From a virus, in the IMG/VR virus record IMGVR_UViG_3300026334_000001, positions 26,053-90,052 of that record: DNA of 64,000 bases. One strand, written 5' to 3'. Shown piece by piece: positions 28,522 to 38,218 of the stretch (the stretch's first letter is position 1; each line of letters begins with the position of its first letter). The position numbers and the translations under genes were made by a program. The notes below the pieces were generated by a model. The model made no database searches, was not told where the DNA came from, and saw only the letters and a list, made by a program, of their open reading frames with translations.

Positions 28522-29118
28522 CTAGAAATCTGAATCAACTTTTTGACCACCATTTAAAGAAGATACTTCTGTATCTGGAGCAGCATTAAGTGAATTGAAA
28601 TATGCTGAATTAGCTTTGATATGATTTTTATCAAACTCTAGCATATCACCTGCTTTTACAATGAATGGCAAGTATTTAGAGAAATCGCTAGTTGCTTTAC
28701 CATTGTAAACATTACCTACTACAATGAAATCAACTTTAACTCCTTTATAAGAAGTACCAATAGTTTGAACAACCCAGTTTGCATAATCATCAAAATTATT
28801 ATGATTTTGATATAAACGATCTTTAGCTACAAACTTAGACATAATATGACCAACACGTTTAGCCATATTTAAAGCTTTTGCTTCTGCATTATCGTCTTCT
28901 GGAAGAACAGCATATTCAATATGTTGATGTGCTTTTCCTTCTGCTGTCTTGAATGTAAATACAAGACGTGCTTTTAACTGCTCTGATTCTCCTTCTGCAT
29001 TTTCCTTAACTGGTCTACTAATTTCCACCCCTGTCATTTCTGCATTTGTGTATTTAGCTGGTTGCAATTTAGGGGTTGAAATTCCTTCAAAGTTAGTTTT
29101 TTCGTTAGTACCGAACAT
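28522..29118 (-). CDS. Putative single-stranded DNA-binding protein
   Basis: Next to primase; beta-rich N-terminus; acidic-aromatic C-terminus (...VDSDF). Confidence 0.5.
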   Translation of the reverse strand: MFGTNEKTNFEGISTPKLQPAKYTNAEMTGVEISRPVKENAEGESEQLKARLVFTFKTAEGKAHQHIEYAVLPEDDNAEAKALNMAKRVGHIMSKFVAKDRLYQNHNNFDDYANWVVQTIGTSYKGVKVDFIVVGNVYNGKATSDFSKYLPFIVKAGDMLEFDKNHIKANSAYFNSLNAAPDTEVSSLNGGQKVDSDF

Positions 29119-29228
29119 AATTATAAGATTTAAATTTTTAAGATATTATTTTAAAATGGAATTTTTCTAAGGAAAGAAAGGGGAACCAATTTAATGATTC
29201 CCCTTGTTTAATAAATATGATTTAACTA

Positions 29229-29798
29229 TTAGAAGTTATCATCATCTGCTTCTTGAACATCAGCAGTTTCTTCTACTGCTACATCTTCATCTTCTGCTGT
29301 ATCTTCATCAGTTTCTTCATTATCAGCAGTTGTTTCAACTGAACTAATAGCGTAGATACCATGACACAAAATACCATTTACCTCGGTATCTTGACCTACT
29401 AAAGACAACTCTAAAAGTTGAGCTTTGTAGCTATCTTCTTGAATAGTACCTTGACCGATCAAAGCATTCTCCAAAATTGAAGACTTAAATTTACGACCTT
29501 TTTCTGCATCAGCAGCTAATTTCGCAGTACGTTTTAGTACAGTAGCATTATCATTATCTACGGTAGCTAAATATGGAACTCCATCTGGAGAAGTGATTTG
29601 CATCAAACCTACATTTGACAAATTCAATTCTTCAAATTTAGCATCTGCAATGGTAAATACTGTTTCAACTTTCTCTACTCCACCTTTCTTAGAGATGAAC
29701 TTCTTAAATTTGAAACTGAATTTTTGACCTTTAGGACGACTAGCTGAAGTTTTAGTGTTTGCTGTTTTAACTGCTTTAAAATTTGCGAAATTTAACAT
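29229..29798 (-). CDS. Hypothetical protein with long acidic tail (SSB-like)
   Basis: Basic N-terminus, tail ...DNEETDEDTAEDED...DDDNF; own promoter upstream and terminator hairpin at ~29179-29204. Confidence 0.5.
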   Translation of the reverse strand: MLNFANFKAVKTANTKTSASRPKGQKFSFKFKKFISKKGGVEKVETVFTIADAKFEELNLSNVGLMQITSPDGVPYLATVDNDNATVLKRTAKLAADAEKGRKFKSSILENALIGQGTIQEDSYKAQLLELSLVGQDTEVNGILCHGIYAISSVETTADNEETDEDTAEDEDVAVEETADVQEADDDNF

Positions 29799-29856
29799 GA
29801 CATTTTTGTTTTAAGGGTTTATAAAATATTTGTTTCTGTTTGTTATTTACAATAAT

Positions 29857-29888
29857 CAAAGATACAAAACTTAGCTTGTATCTGCAAA
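29857..29888 (-). promoter_or_regulatory. Bacteroidota sigma70-type promoter
   Basis: Minus strand TTTG (29888-29885), 20-nt spacer, TATCTTTG (29864-29857): the -33/-7 consensus. Confidence 0.8.
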
Positions 29889-29916
29889 AAAATTTAAAAA
29901 TAATTACAACTACTAT

Positions 29917-30636
29917 CTAATTGCCGTAATCTTCTAAAATCCTATCTACTATCGTTTGATAGTTATTTGAAATTTCATACTGTTCCCAATAACCTTGAGG
30001 ACTTCTAGCTGTATTATATCCAGAATTTGCAGTAGTTAATTTATACCTATTTACATCTGTATGTGGTAAATTAGCATCAACTTTTGTATAATAGGTATGA
30101 GAAAGATTCAATCCTTCAACTCCTAATTTGGTAGCCATTTTACCTAAGATTCTTAATCTTTGTCGGATTTCTCCAGCTTCAGCTTTATAATCTTCAATAT
30201 GACCATTAATAAAAATAATTAAAGTACCTTTTCTTTTACCATGAATACCAAAAATTTGCTTCTTTACTGTTTCATAGTCTTCTACTTCCTTATAATTCTT
30301 TTTACTATTATCAATTGGATATTTATTTCTAGCTCCAAAGAAAGTTAATGGTTTTCCATCAGCATTTAACCAAGCCGTTTCTTCTGGATTTAAGAAAGAA
30401 CCTCCTACTGTCTTCCCCGTTCCTTCATGTCCCAAGACTTGAACCAAAACCACATCATCAAGTCTTTTCATCCAATCATAAAGATCTAGTATTTCAGTAC
30501 CGTAATCTCTCCACATATCGTAGTTAGCTTTACCTACATCCTTTAGATGTCTTAAATACAGCTTATTTTGTACACCATTTATGGTATCCAATATTATACT
30601 TCTGTATTTCTTGTCATTCATTACTATTTCACTCAT
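29917..30636 (-). CDS. AAA_24/Sak4-like P-loop ATPase with rearranged motif order
   Basis: IILD at aa 14-17, GHEGTGKT at aa 69-76, LNPEETAWLNADGKPL, RILGKM, TARSP. Confidence 0.7.
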   Translation of the reverse strand: MSEIVMNDKKYRSIILDTINGVQNKLYLRHLKDVGKANYDMWRDYGTEILDLYDWMKRLDDVVLVQVLGHEGTGKTVGGSFLNPEETAWLNADGKPLTFFGARNKYPIDNSKKNYKEVEDYETVKKQIFGIHGKRKGTLIIFINGHIEDYKAEAGEIRQRLRILGKMATKLGVEGLNLSHTYYTKVDANLPHTDVNRYKLTTANSGYNTARSPQGYWEQYEISNNYQTIVDRILEDYGN

Positions 30637-30637
30637 T

Positions 30638-31597
30638 TTAATAATCTTCTATTTGATTAAATCCTAAATTATGACGCATCATTAGATTTCCTGTCCATCC
30701 ATCTCTTTGTTTGAGAATACATTCAATCATTAAATGATCATATTGATCTGGATTGTTTGGATTAATACCAGTTGGAATATCTTCCCATGATGTAAGACCA
30801 TAAAATCCAGGTCTATGTAGAGCCATCACTATATCAGCACATTGAAAAACACTATCCGATCCGAATATATCACTAGAAACTGGAGTATTCTTTCCAATAT
30901 CATCTCTACCTCTAGCTCCAGATTCAATATTTCTATTCATCTGACTCAAAAAGATATTGATATGTTCATAATCATTCTTAATTTTCATTCCTGCCATCAT
31001 AAACTTAGATATTAATTGTTCTTCTGATCCTTCATTATCTCTTGATACTAATCTTGTATGATCTACAATATTAACAATGGTATGTTTAGGATACTTATTT
31101 GTAATCTCTATCTTTTGTTTCTTCCAAGCATTTACTGATTGTGATATTTGACTCATATAAATTGGATATCCTTTAAAAGAATCACCAATTAACTTTAATC
31201 TTGTAAACTGTTCTTCTGTTATTGTATTTTGAAAATCCAATAATTGTTTTACAGTCATTTGAGCTTCTCTACTATACATCCTTAATACTGATCTAAAATC
31301 AGCCATCTCCCATGTATCATACAGAATTATTAGTTTGCCATTATAATGAGGATTAATTCTTGGATCTACAAAGTCGCGCATCATATGTATAACCTTTGCA
31401 GTTTTACCCATACCAGTTCTAGCTGCTAAAACCATCTGATCTGTTGGATACAATCCTCCAATCTTTTCCTTTTCTTTCCTAGAAGAAGTAACTAGAGGCT
31501 TTAACTTACCACTTCTAATTAATTCAATCCTTTCATTAGTTTTATCAACTACTTTTGAAATGTGATTGTAATTAGTAGATTCTAGGTTTAACTGCAA
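30638..31597 (-). CDS. dnaB: DnaB-like replicative helicase
   Basis: AARTGMGKT, IVDH, FLSQMNR and SDIFGSDSVFQCADIV motifs; no N-terminal domain. Confidence 0.85.
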   Translation of the reverse strand: MQLNLESTNYNHISKVVDKTNERIELIRSGKLKPLVTSSRKEKEKIGGLYPTDQMVLAARTGMGKTAKVIHMMRDFVDPRINPHYNGKLIILYDTWEMADFRSVLRMYSREAQMTVKQLLDFQNTITEEQFTRLKLIGDSFKGYPIYMSQISQSVNAWKKQKIEITNKYPKHTIVNIVDHTRLVSRDNEGSEEQLISKFMMAGMKIKNDYEHINIFLSQMNRNIESGARGRDDIGKNTPVSSDIFGSDSVFQCADIVMALHRPGFYGLTSWEDIPTGINPNNPDQYDHLMIECILKQRDGWTGNLMMRHNLGFNQIEDY

Positions 31598-32135
31598 CTT
31601 TATCTCCTTCCTTTTGTAAGACTAACCAATACTGACTTGTAACAAATTTATCAATCTTCATTGTTGCATATCCATTATTATTCTTTTTATAATCCTTCAC
31701 TATATTAATAATATCTAAATGAAGGAATTTATTCTTCTTAATAATCTGGATATATCTTTTTTTTAATTCAGCTTCATCAGAAAAAGTCAATCCTTTAGCT
31801 GGAACTTTAATTCCATTAACTACTAATTGATCTGGATATTCTTTAAAGAACTCCTCTACTGCTTCTTCTGGCTCTACTAACATAAATTCGGTAAACTCTA
31901 ATGTTACACATAAATCTATGATGTTAAATACATCTGCTTTAGGATTCATATTTAATATAAATCCTTTATCTATTAGATTGTGTAAATCTTGCTTCTCGAA
32001 TAAACCTACTTCGTTAATATACTGTTGTAATAAAGAGTATTCTTTATTGTACAGCAAATAACAAATGTAAAATTGATTAGGTGTAATTTTAGTTCTACAC
32101 AAAAACTCCGTGTACTTGTTGATGTCGTAAATCAT
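31572..32135 (-). CDS. Hypothetical replication-associated protein
   Basis: 187-aa ORF overlapping the dnaB start; wHTH-like N-terminus; EFFKEYP motif. Confidence 0.55.
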   Translation of the reverse strand: MIYDINKYTEFLCRTKITPNQFYICYLLYNKEYSLLQQYINEVGLFEKQDLHNLIDKGFILNMNPKADVFNIIDLCVTLEFTEFMLVEPEEAVEEFFKEYPDQLVVNGIKVPAKGLTFSDEAELKKRYIQIIKKNKFLHLDIINIVKDYKKNNNGYATMKIDKFVTSQYWLVLQKEGDKVAVKPRIY

Positions 32136-32340
32136 TTACTTCAAAATCCTCTGGTATCTCTATTACTTCATTAAAATTAACTACTTCCCAAATTTCTCCT
32201 ATTGCTATATTAAGATCACTATTTGATGCGACTGCTCCAAAGTGATTTAGTAAAGCTTCATTGATCTTTTCATTGGGACTATAAGGATTTAAATCTTCCT
32301 TAGTGAATACAACTGATAATCTAAATATTAGTTCTTGCAT
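32095..32340 (-). CDS. Hypothetical protein
   Basis: 81-aa ORF in the operon. Confidence 0.5.
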   Translation of the reverse strand: MQELIFRLSVVFTKEDLNPYSPNEKINEALLNHFGAVASNSDLNIAIGEIWEVVNFNEVIEIPEDFEVNDLRHQQVHGVFV

Positions 32341-33725
32341 AATTCAAAGTTTAAATCTTCTTGTACAACAATTTCATCTATCGAATCTACCCACTTAATT
32401 CCTCTTTTTCCTTTTTGTTTCTCCTTTAACCATTTCTCCTCTTGAGATTCTTTGATATAAAGATTAACAATAATACTAACCTTATCTGCATTTGAATAAT
32501 CTACTCTTATTGCTCGCCCTGTTCTCTGATTATCTTGACGCTTTCCTGAATTGTAACTAGCCATAATAGCAAGTCCTATACTATGAAAATCAAAACCTTC
32601 ATCTAAAGATTTCACTGTTGAAAGAACATCTACTCCAGAATCAGCTTGTTTAAATAACTCTAAAGATTCTTCTTTAAGTCTATTACCACTTATTTTTTTA
32701 TCTTTATAAACTACTTTAACTTCGCCTTTTTTAGAAACTGTTTCTATTCTCTCTGTTCTTACAATACTTTTGATTTTTGTATGATAAGCTCTTGCTTTAT
32801 TACCTAAAACTTCTGCTAATTTATCTGCAAATTCAGTATCTTCTGCAAAAGTCATAGTTTTGAGATTAAACTTATTAACTAATTCTTTAACAGCTTGTAT
32901 TTTAACAGTAGCTCTATAAATTAGTTTCTTTCTTTCTCTCATTGCCCATGACCATTGTTGTGCAGCTTTTCCTACATTCTCTGGCGACCAATAATGCTCT
33001 CTTGTTCCATCCCAATCATTTCTGGTTGCTACAGATACTCTCCATTGATCTCCTGTTTTATAAACTTCTCCAATCTTAGTAGTCATCCCTTTACCAGTTG
33101 AACAAGCCATAGCTAAACTGAATTCAAATCCAAACTTTGCAAAGTTCTTATTGAATATAGAATGAATCCTATCATACTCAATTCTATCTTCTTCTGATAG
33201 ATCTAAACCCCAATTAAAAACTTTATAATCAGAAACATAACCTTGTCTTCTTGCTTCTTCTAAAGTTATTTCTTCTATTACAGGACATAGATTTTGTATG
33301 ATCTCATGTTTGCCATCTATTCTTTCAAGAGTAGCAGTTAATCCTAATACAAATTTATAAGTAGTATTATCAAAAGTCTTACCAAACTCCTCCGAAACGT
33401 AATGATGAATTTCATCTAGCACTAATAAATCACATACATGTAAATATCTTATATACGTATTGACTACGTAAACATTAACATTATGTAAATTATGCTTTTG
33501 AATATGCCCATTATTACCAACCCAATCTTCTAATAACTTTACAGATGGGACTACTACATTAACTGTAGCATTTGGATACTTTCTATGCATTCTCTGTATT
33601 GCAAGAATAGCTACATATGTTTTCCCAAATCCGGTAGCCCCGATCAAGCATCCACAGGCTTTATTCTCTACCCACTTCTGAACTATTTGTAATTGCCTCT
33701 TGAGCTTCTTTTCATTTATTTCCAT
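32328..33725 (-). CDS. Superfamily 2 DNA helicase
   Basis: ATGFGKT, LDEIH, LTAT, LDEGFD and QRTGRAIR motifs. Confidence 0.9.
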   Translation of the reverse strand: MEINEKKLKRQLQIVQKWVENKACGCLIGATGFGKTYVAILAIQRMHRKYPNATVNVVVPSVKLLEDWVGNNGHIQKHNLHNVNVYVVNTYIRYLHVCDLLVLDEIHHYVSEEFGKTFDNTTYKFVLGLTATLERIDGKHEIIQNLCPVIEEITLEEARRQGYVSDYKVFNWGLDLSEEDRIEYDRIHSIFNKNFAKFGFEFSLAMACSTGKGMTTKIGEVYKTGDQWRVSVATRNDWDGTREHYWSPENVGKAAQQWSWAMRERKKLIYRATVKIQAVKELVNKFNLKTMTFAEDTEFADKLAEVLGNKARAYHTKIKSIVRTERIETVSKKGEVKVVYKDKKISGNRLKEESLELFKQADSGVDVLSTVKSLDEGFDFHSIGLAIMASYNSGKRQDNQRTGRAIRVDYSNADKVSIIVNLYIKESQEEKWLKEKQKGKRGIKWVDSIDEIVVQEDLNFELCKN

Positions 33726-33937
33726 TATTTTGTTGTTACTAATTCAAATCTTGGCACATTTTTCTTTGGATGTATTGCAAAGAAACCTTCTAATGGTCTT
33801 GTATATGCTTTTCCTGTATCAATATTAGCATAAATGACAACCTCTGTTTGTGTTTCTTCTGCCTCTGCAAATCCTAGTATTACATAATAACCGCCTTTAA
33901 AGTGTTTATAACATCTTTTAATTAATGGCTTCTTCAT
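33725..33937 (-). CDS. DUF1653-like small protein
   Basis: YKHFKGGYY...VIY...YTRPLEGF...PRF. Confidence 0.8.
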   Translation of the reverse strand: MKKPLIKRCYKHFKGGYYVILGFAEAEETQTEVVIYANIDTGKAYTRPLEGFFAIHPKKNVPRFELVTTK

Positions 33938-34329
33938 CCTTTAATAATTCTAGATTTGATAATACTCTGAATATCCACTTCTGCTTGCACTTCATCTGTC
34001 TTATTTAAATCACCTAGTTTCTCTTGTAGAGCTTTTAATCTACCAATACTACTAAAAGAACCTTTTACTCTTCTTATAATTTTATTAGCATGAATAATTC
34101 TTTTAGCTAAAACTTCATAATCAAAAGACATTTCTCCTATTCTAAATTCAAATGTATTAAATTGTGAATTCAATCTTACCCAATTATGACATCTTCCTAT
34201 CATTCTAGAATTATAATGACCTTTATATTCCCATGTATCTAATTCTGCTAAAATCCAATCTTCATTTTCTTCAATCCAAGAACGATCTACCTTATCAAAT
34301 ATATCAGTTGTATCAACATGATAATGAAT
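33934..34329 (-). CDS. Putative amidoligase (COOH-NH2 ligase type 2-like), exon 2
   Basis: IHYHVD...WVRLN...TFEFR; joins in frame to exon 1 (...EGSG|IHYHVD), giving 234 aa. Confidence 0.7.
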   Translation of the reverse strand: MHYHVDTTDIFDKVDRSWIEENEDWILAELDTWEYKGHYNSRMIGRCHNWVRLNSQFNTFEFRIGEMSFDYEVLAKRIIHANKIIRRVKGSFSSIGRLKALQEKLGDLNKTDEVQAEVDIQSIIKSRIIKG

Positions 34330-35544
34330 CATTTTGTTATCTTAAAGGCTTTTTATCCTTTAATTCTTATACTACAAAATATCTCGTATAAGTTCGGCAT
34401 ATATTTTCTTCCTCTATTTTTAATATTAGTAGGAAGTGGACACTCTTGGGAGAATTATATTCTATTAACTGTAATAGGTTCATCTCCTATGCTCTACACT
34501 ATTCTCCATTGTTTAGATGTAGAATTAGCACGGTATCCAAAGTATTGTTCAAATTTTATCTTTTTTCTAACTAAAAAGCATTTACTACCTTCATACAAGT
34601 ATTCATATATTTCTCCTATTTTTATAGTTCTATTCCTATTATAATCAAATCTTAATAAGAAATAATTACAAGTTTTTCCTGCATGTTCATATATCACAGG
34701 TTTTATATCAAATAGTTCTTGGAATATATTTGCTATTTGTTCCGTGAATATTTTTGAATTAAATACAAAACTAAAATTAAAAAATATTTGAGATCCTTTA
34801 TTTTTATGAAATGATACTGAACCATCTCCATCAAAATAACCCCTTATGAAATGTCTTATTAATTCTTTTGGTAATAAATTAAAATCAAAATTAAATGAAT
34901 GATCGTGAGTTTTATTAGGTATAATCTTATATTTGTTAATTAGAGTATTACAAATCCTTCTTGAATTAATCTTTAAATTAACTTGTTCTTTTCTAACCTT
35001 CACTCCTGATTGATTGTTTCTAAAAAATAGTTTTGAATTTGGACTGATTTCTTCTTTTATTAATTTTATTACTTCCAAATCATCAACACTATTTAAAAAT
35101 ACTAATCTTTTACTATCTTCATTAACTCTTTCAGTTACTTCAATGCTTCCATCTGCAATAATAAATCCTAGAATATACGCTTTTTCTTCTGTATCAATAT
35201 TATCAAAATAATCTTCATTATGATTATAATATTGATTTATATTCTTAACTACTAGTTCTTCTTTTTTAATAACCCACGTAGCTTTATTATATTCTATATC
35301 TAATATTTTACAGATTTGTCCTACACAATATCCTTTTTCTAGATAATCTTTTAGCAATACAATTTTTTCATTTTCTATTCCTCTATCTGGAGGAGCAATT
35401 TTAAAATTTGAGAAATCCATAGTATATAGTATTTGTATACCACAATATAGATATTTCTCTAGAAAAATCAAAAATTATTTATTTTGTTCACCGTTTTTGC
35501 CCAATTTTTCATATAGATTACTCTATAAGGTGGCATTCATTTCT
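34330..35544 (-). mobile_element. Group I intron (1215 nt) carrying a LAGLIDADG endonuclease
   Basis: 5' exon ends in U (GUGGU pairs with intron GCCAC, U.G wobble); P10 AAUGAAU/AUUCAUU; terminal G at 34330; P3 UGGGCA/UGUCCA; P4 ACGGU/ACCGU; P7 G(A)GCAUA/UAUGCC; P8 CUUCCU/AGGAAG. Confidence 0.88.
34494..35471 (-). CDS. Intron-encoded double-motif LAGLIDADG homing endonuclease (true start possibly ATG at 35420)
   Basis: AYILGFIIADGSI and HFIRGYFDGDGSV motifs. Confidence 0.9.
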   Translation of the reverse strand: MIFLEKYLYCGIQILYTMDFSNFKIAPPDRGIENEKIVLLKDYLEKGYCVGQICKILDIEYNKATWVIKKEELVVKNINQYYNHNEDYFDNIDTEEKAYILGFIIADGSIEVTERVNEDSKRLVFLNSVDDLEVIKLIKEEISPNSKLFFRNNQSGVKVRKEQVNLKINSRRICNTLINKYKIIPNKTHDHSFNFDFNLLPKELIRHFIRGYFDGDGSVSFHKNKGSQIFFNFSFVFNSKIFTEQIANIFQELFDIKPVIYEHAGKTCNYFLLRFDYNRNRTIKIGEIYEYLYEGSKCFLVRKKIKFEQYFGYRANSTSKQWRIV

Positions 35545-35853
35545 ACCACTCCCTTCATTAAGAGCAGAATTTCGTTTTAATTGAGTACAGATATTAAATA
35601 AACAAATCAAACCTTTATGACCTGCTGGAATACGATATCTTTGCTCTCCTTCTCCATTATTAACATCCATTATATCTGGAATAGATGTAAAAGCTACTTC
35701 ATTATAATTTTCACCTTTACTACATTCTATTTCAAATCCTGTAGAATATGGAAGATAACTATCTGCTGCTTTAGCTAAACGATCATTTCCATGCGCTGCT
35801 AAAGCTAGAGGAGCATAATATATACACTCCTCCAGAATAGACTTTTCTTGCAT
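35545..35853 (-). CDS. Putative amidoligase, exon 1
   Basis: STGFEIE...GEQR...NEGSG ending at the intron 5' splice site. Confidence 0.7.
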
Positions 35854-36299
35854 TAGTATTCTCCGTTACGTTTTTCTCCAGTTTTAGCAACTGGTTGTGG
35901 TGCAGCTCTTTCTACAGCAAATAAAGATTTTAAAAGAGCAATATCTTCTTCAGAAACTTTACCATCTCTAATCTCTTTAGCTAGATCAGCAACTACACTA
36001 GACTTAGCTTTTTTCTCAATCTTCTCTGCTTTAACTGCACGTTTAGCTGCTTTAACTGCTGCTTTAGTTTCAACAATGATTTGTTCTTTAACTTCTTCTT
36101 TAGCAGTTGCTTCTGGAGTTAATGCTTTTACAACAGCTGCTAAACCTTTCTTAGTTCTCTTAGCATTGTATTCAGTAATCATATCCTTAAAAGGTTGAAG
36201 AGCTTCTTTACTACCTGTTTTAGTATAAACAGTTTCTCCAATGATTACATTTAGGTTTCTACCTATTTGTTTAAATTTAATTTCTGGTGACTTTTCCAT
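35853..36299 (-). CDS. Lys/Ala-rich hypothetical protein in the rIIB position
   Basis: 148 aa with KAAVKAAKRAVKAEK; immediately follows the rIIA-like gene. Confidence 0.55.
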   Translation of the reverse strand: MEKSPEIKFKQIGRNLNVIIGETVYTKTGSKEALQPFKDMITEYNAKRTKKGLAAVVKALTPEATAKEEVKEQIIVETKAAVKAAKRAVKAEKIEKKAKSSVVADLAKEIRDGKVSEEDIALLKSLFAVERAAPQPVAKTGEKRNGEY

Positions 36300-36305
36300 T
36301 TTAGA

Positions 36306-38218
36306 TTAATTTGTTTGTGCAATAATTTGTTTAGCTTGTTCTAATAACTCTTCTTCATGTGGTTGAAGTATTATATAATGCTCTGCATTTAATTTCTTCT
36401 TCTTCAACTTCATAAAGTCAATTATCAAATCTGAATTACCTTCTACATCTCTAGAAGAAATAAGTGTCAATAACTTAAGTCCTTCCTCATATTTCAATAC
36501 TTGTTTTAATGTATCTCGTATTTCTTCATCCCACCAATTATTCTCCTCCATCATTGTATAACATTCTGATAGAAATTCAGTAGTACAATATCTAGCATTA
36601 CTAGTATGTCTTCCAACATAATTACTAAGTTCTGCTATTCTATCTGTATGTTCTGCACAGATCTTACGATAAGCATAATGAGTTAACTGAATCTTATCAG
36701 TCATATTCTCTCTAATGTAATGAGCTGTTATTGTCTTAATAAAAACTTTGTTTCTATTAGATATGAATTCTTCACCTGTCATACAATTTGACTGATTTAC
36801 TAAATACTTATGATTACTTTTAGCAGTTGTGAAAACCCTAATTTTATGTTTATGTAAGCCACCAACATTTCTCCAGTTACCTGCATAACTAAGAGATTTC
36901 TTTCCCGATAACATTAAAGCAATCTCCTTAATTAATTTCTTATTTTCTGGAAGATCATAGATAATAAGTTCAGATTTTACTTTATTTAAATCTAAAATTT
37001 CTTTCTCTTCTACTCCAGTACTAAAATAAGTAACATTAATTTCATTCTTGCCAAGCTTATTAGTTACTCTTCTTTCTCTTTGAGAATCTATCCACTCTTT
37101 AGGAATGTTAGTTTGCTCATAACTATGAGATTGTTCTACTAAATAATCTTGTAATACTTTTTTTACCTTTTGAAATAACTTTACTTTGTTAAGACCATTT
37201 TGCATGTATGGTGTATTAACTAAACCTAAAGCTTTATTCCATTGATTAAAAGATAAAGTACTCTTTCTTACTAATGCAAAATTCTGCAAATAGCTATTCT
37301 TTCTTGTTACTACTTCTCCTTTAATACGATATAAACTACCTCTTCCAATATGATCACATTTGTGAACCTTAGTAGAATTCTCCTTTTTAAGTAATCTTCC
37401 ATTACTATATACAGCACTCACATAAAAAGGAAAATATGGGTTGTCTGTTGGTATTTCAATACCTAAGTTTTCTAATCCTTTTAGAGAAATAGGATGTAGA
37501 TCTGGAATAGCTATTTCTTTATACCATTCATAATTACTACCAGTTCTAGGATTCTTACCGTACTTCTCTTTAAATCCTATCTTCAATGATATACCTTCAG
37601 TTAATTTGATCATCCTATAAGGAGAATCTTTAAGCTTTACATATTCACTAATAGTAGTACAAATAGCAGCATCAGATTTAGATAATTCTATTAACTCCTT
37701 TTTAGCTAACTCTATTTTATCTAGAATTAATTGTTTAGCAGTTTCATCATATCTTAATTGCTCTCTATTTGGAGTAACCATTAGTTCTCCTATATTAAAC
37801 TTAAGACCGATACCAATAGGAATTGTTTCTATACCTAAATAATTGTAATCAATTGGATATGCTACTTTACCAAGAACTATATGAATATCATCAGAATACT
37901 TACAATCATTTCTATACTTAAAATGCTTACCTTCATAAATCTTATAATCATTATTAAATGTTGCAAAACCTTGAACGTATACATTATCGAAATAAGCTAA
38001 TTGAGAATTTAAAGCATTACGAAACTTTTCAAAATCATTATAGTTTTTAATAGCTATCTTTATTTCAGTACCATTTCTATCTGATGTTGGTTTTTCATAT
38101 ATTTTATTTAACTTCGGCTTAGGATGATCTTTATAAAATAAATATAAATACTCAACTCCATTACTAACAGTCTTAATATAGAATTGATCTACATAACTGA
38201 ATGGGGATTTAGAACCTA
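36306..38218 (-). CDS. rIIA-like GHKL ATPase, exon 2
   Basis: Frame is open from 38216 (GSKSPFSYVD...NGTEIKI...MVTPNREQLRY); spliced product 757 aa. Confidence 0.8.
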
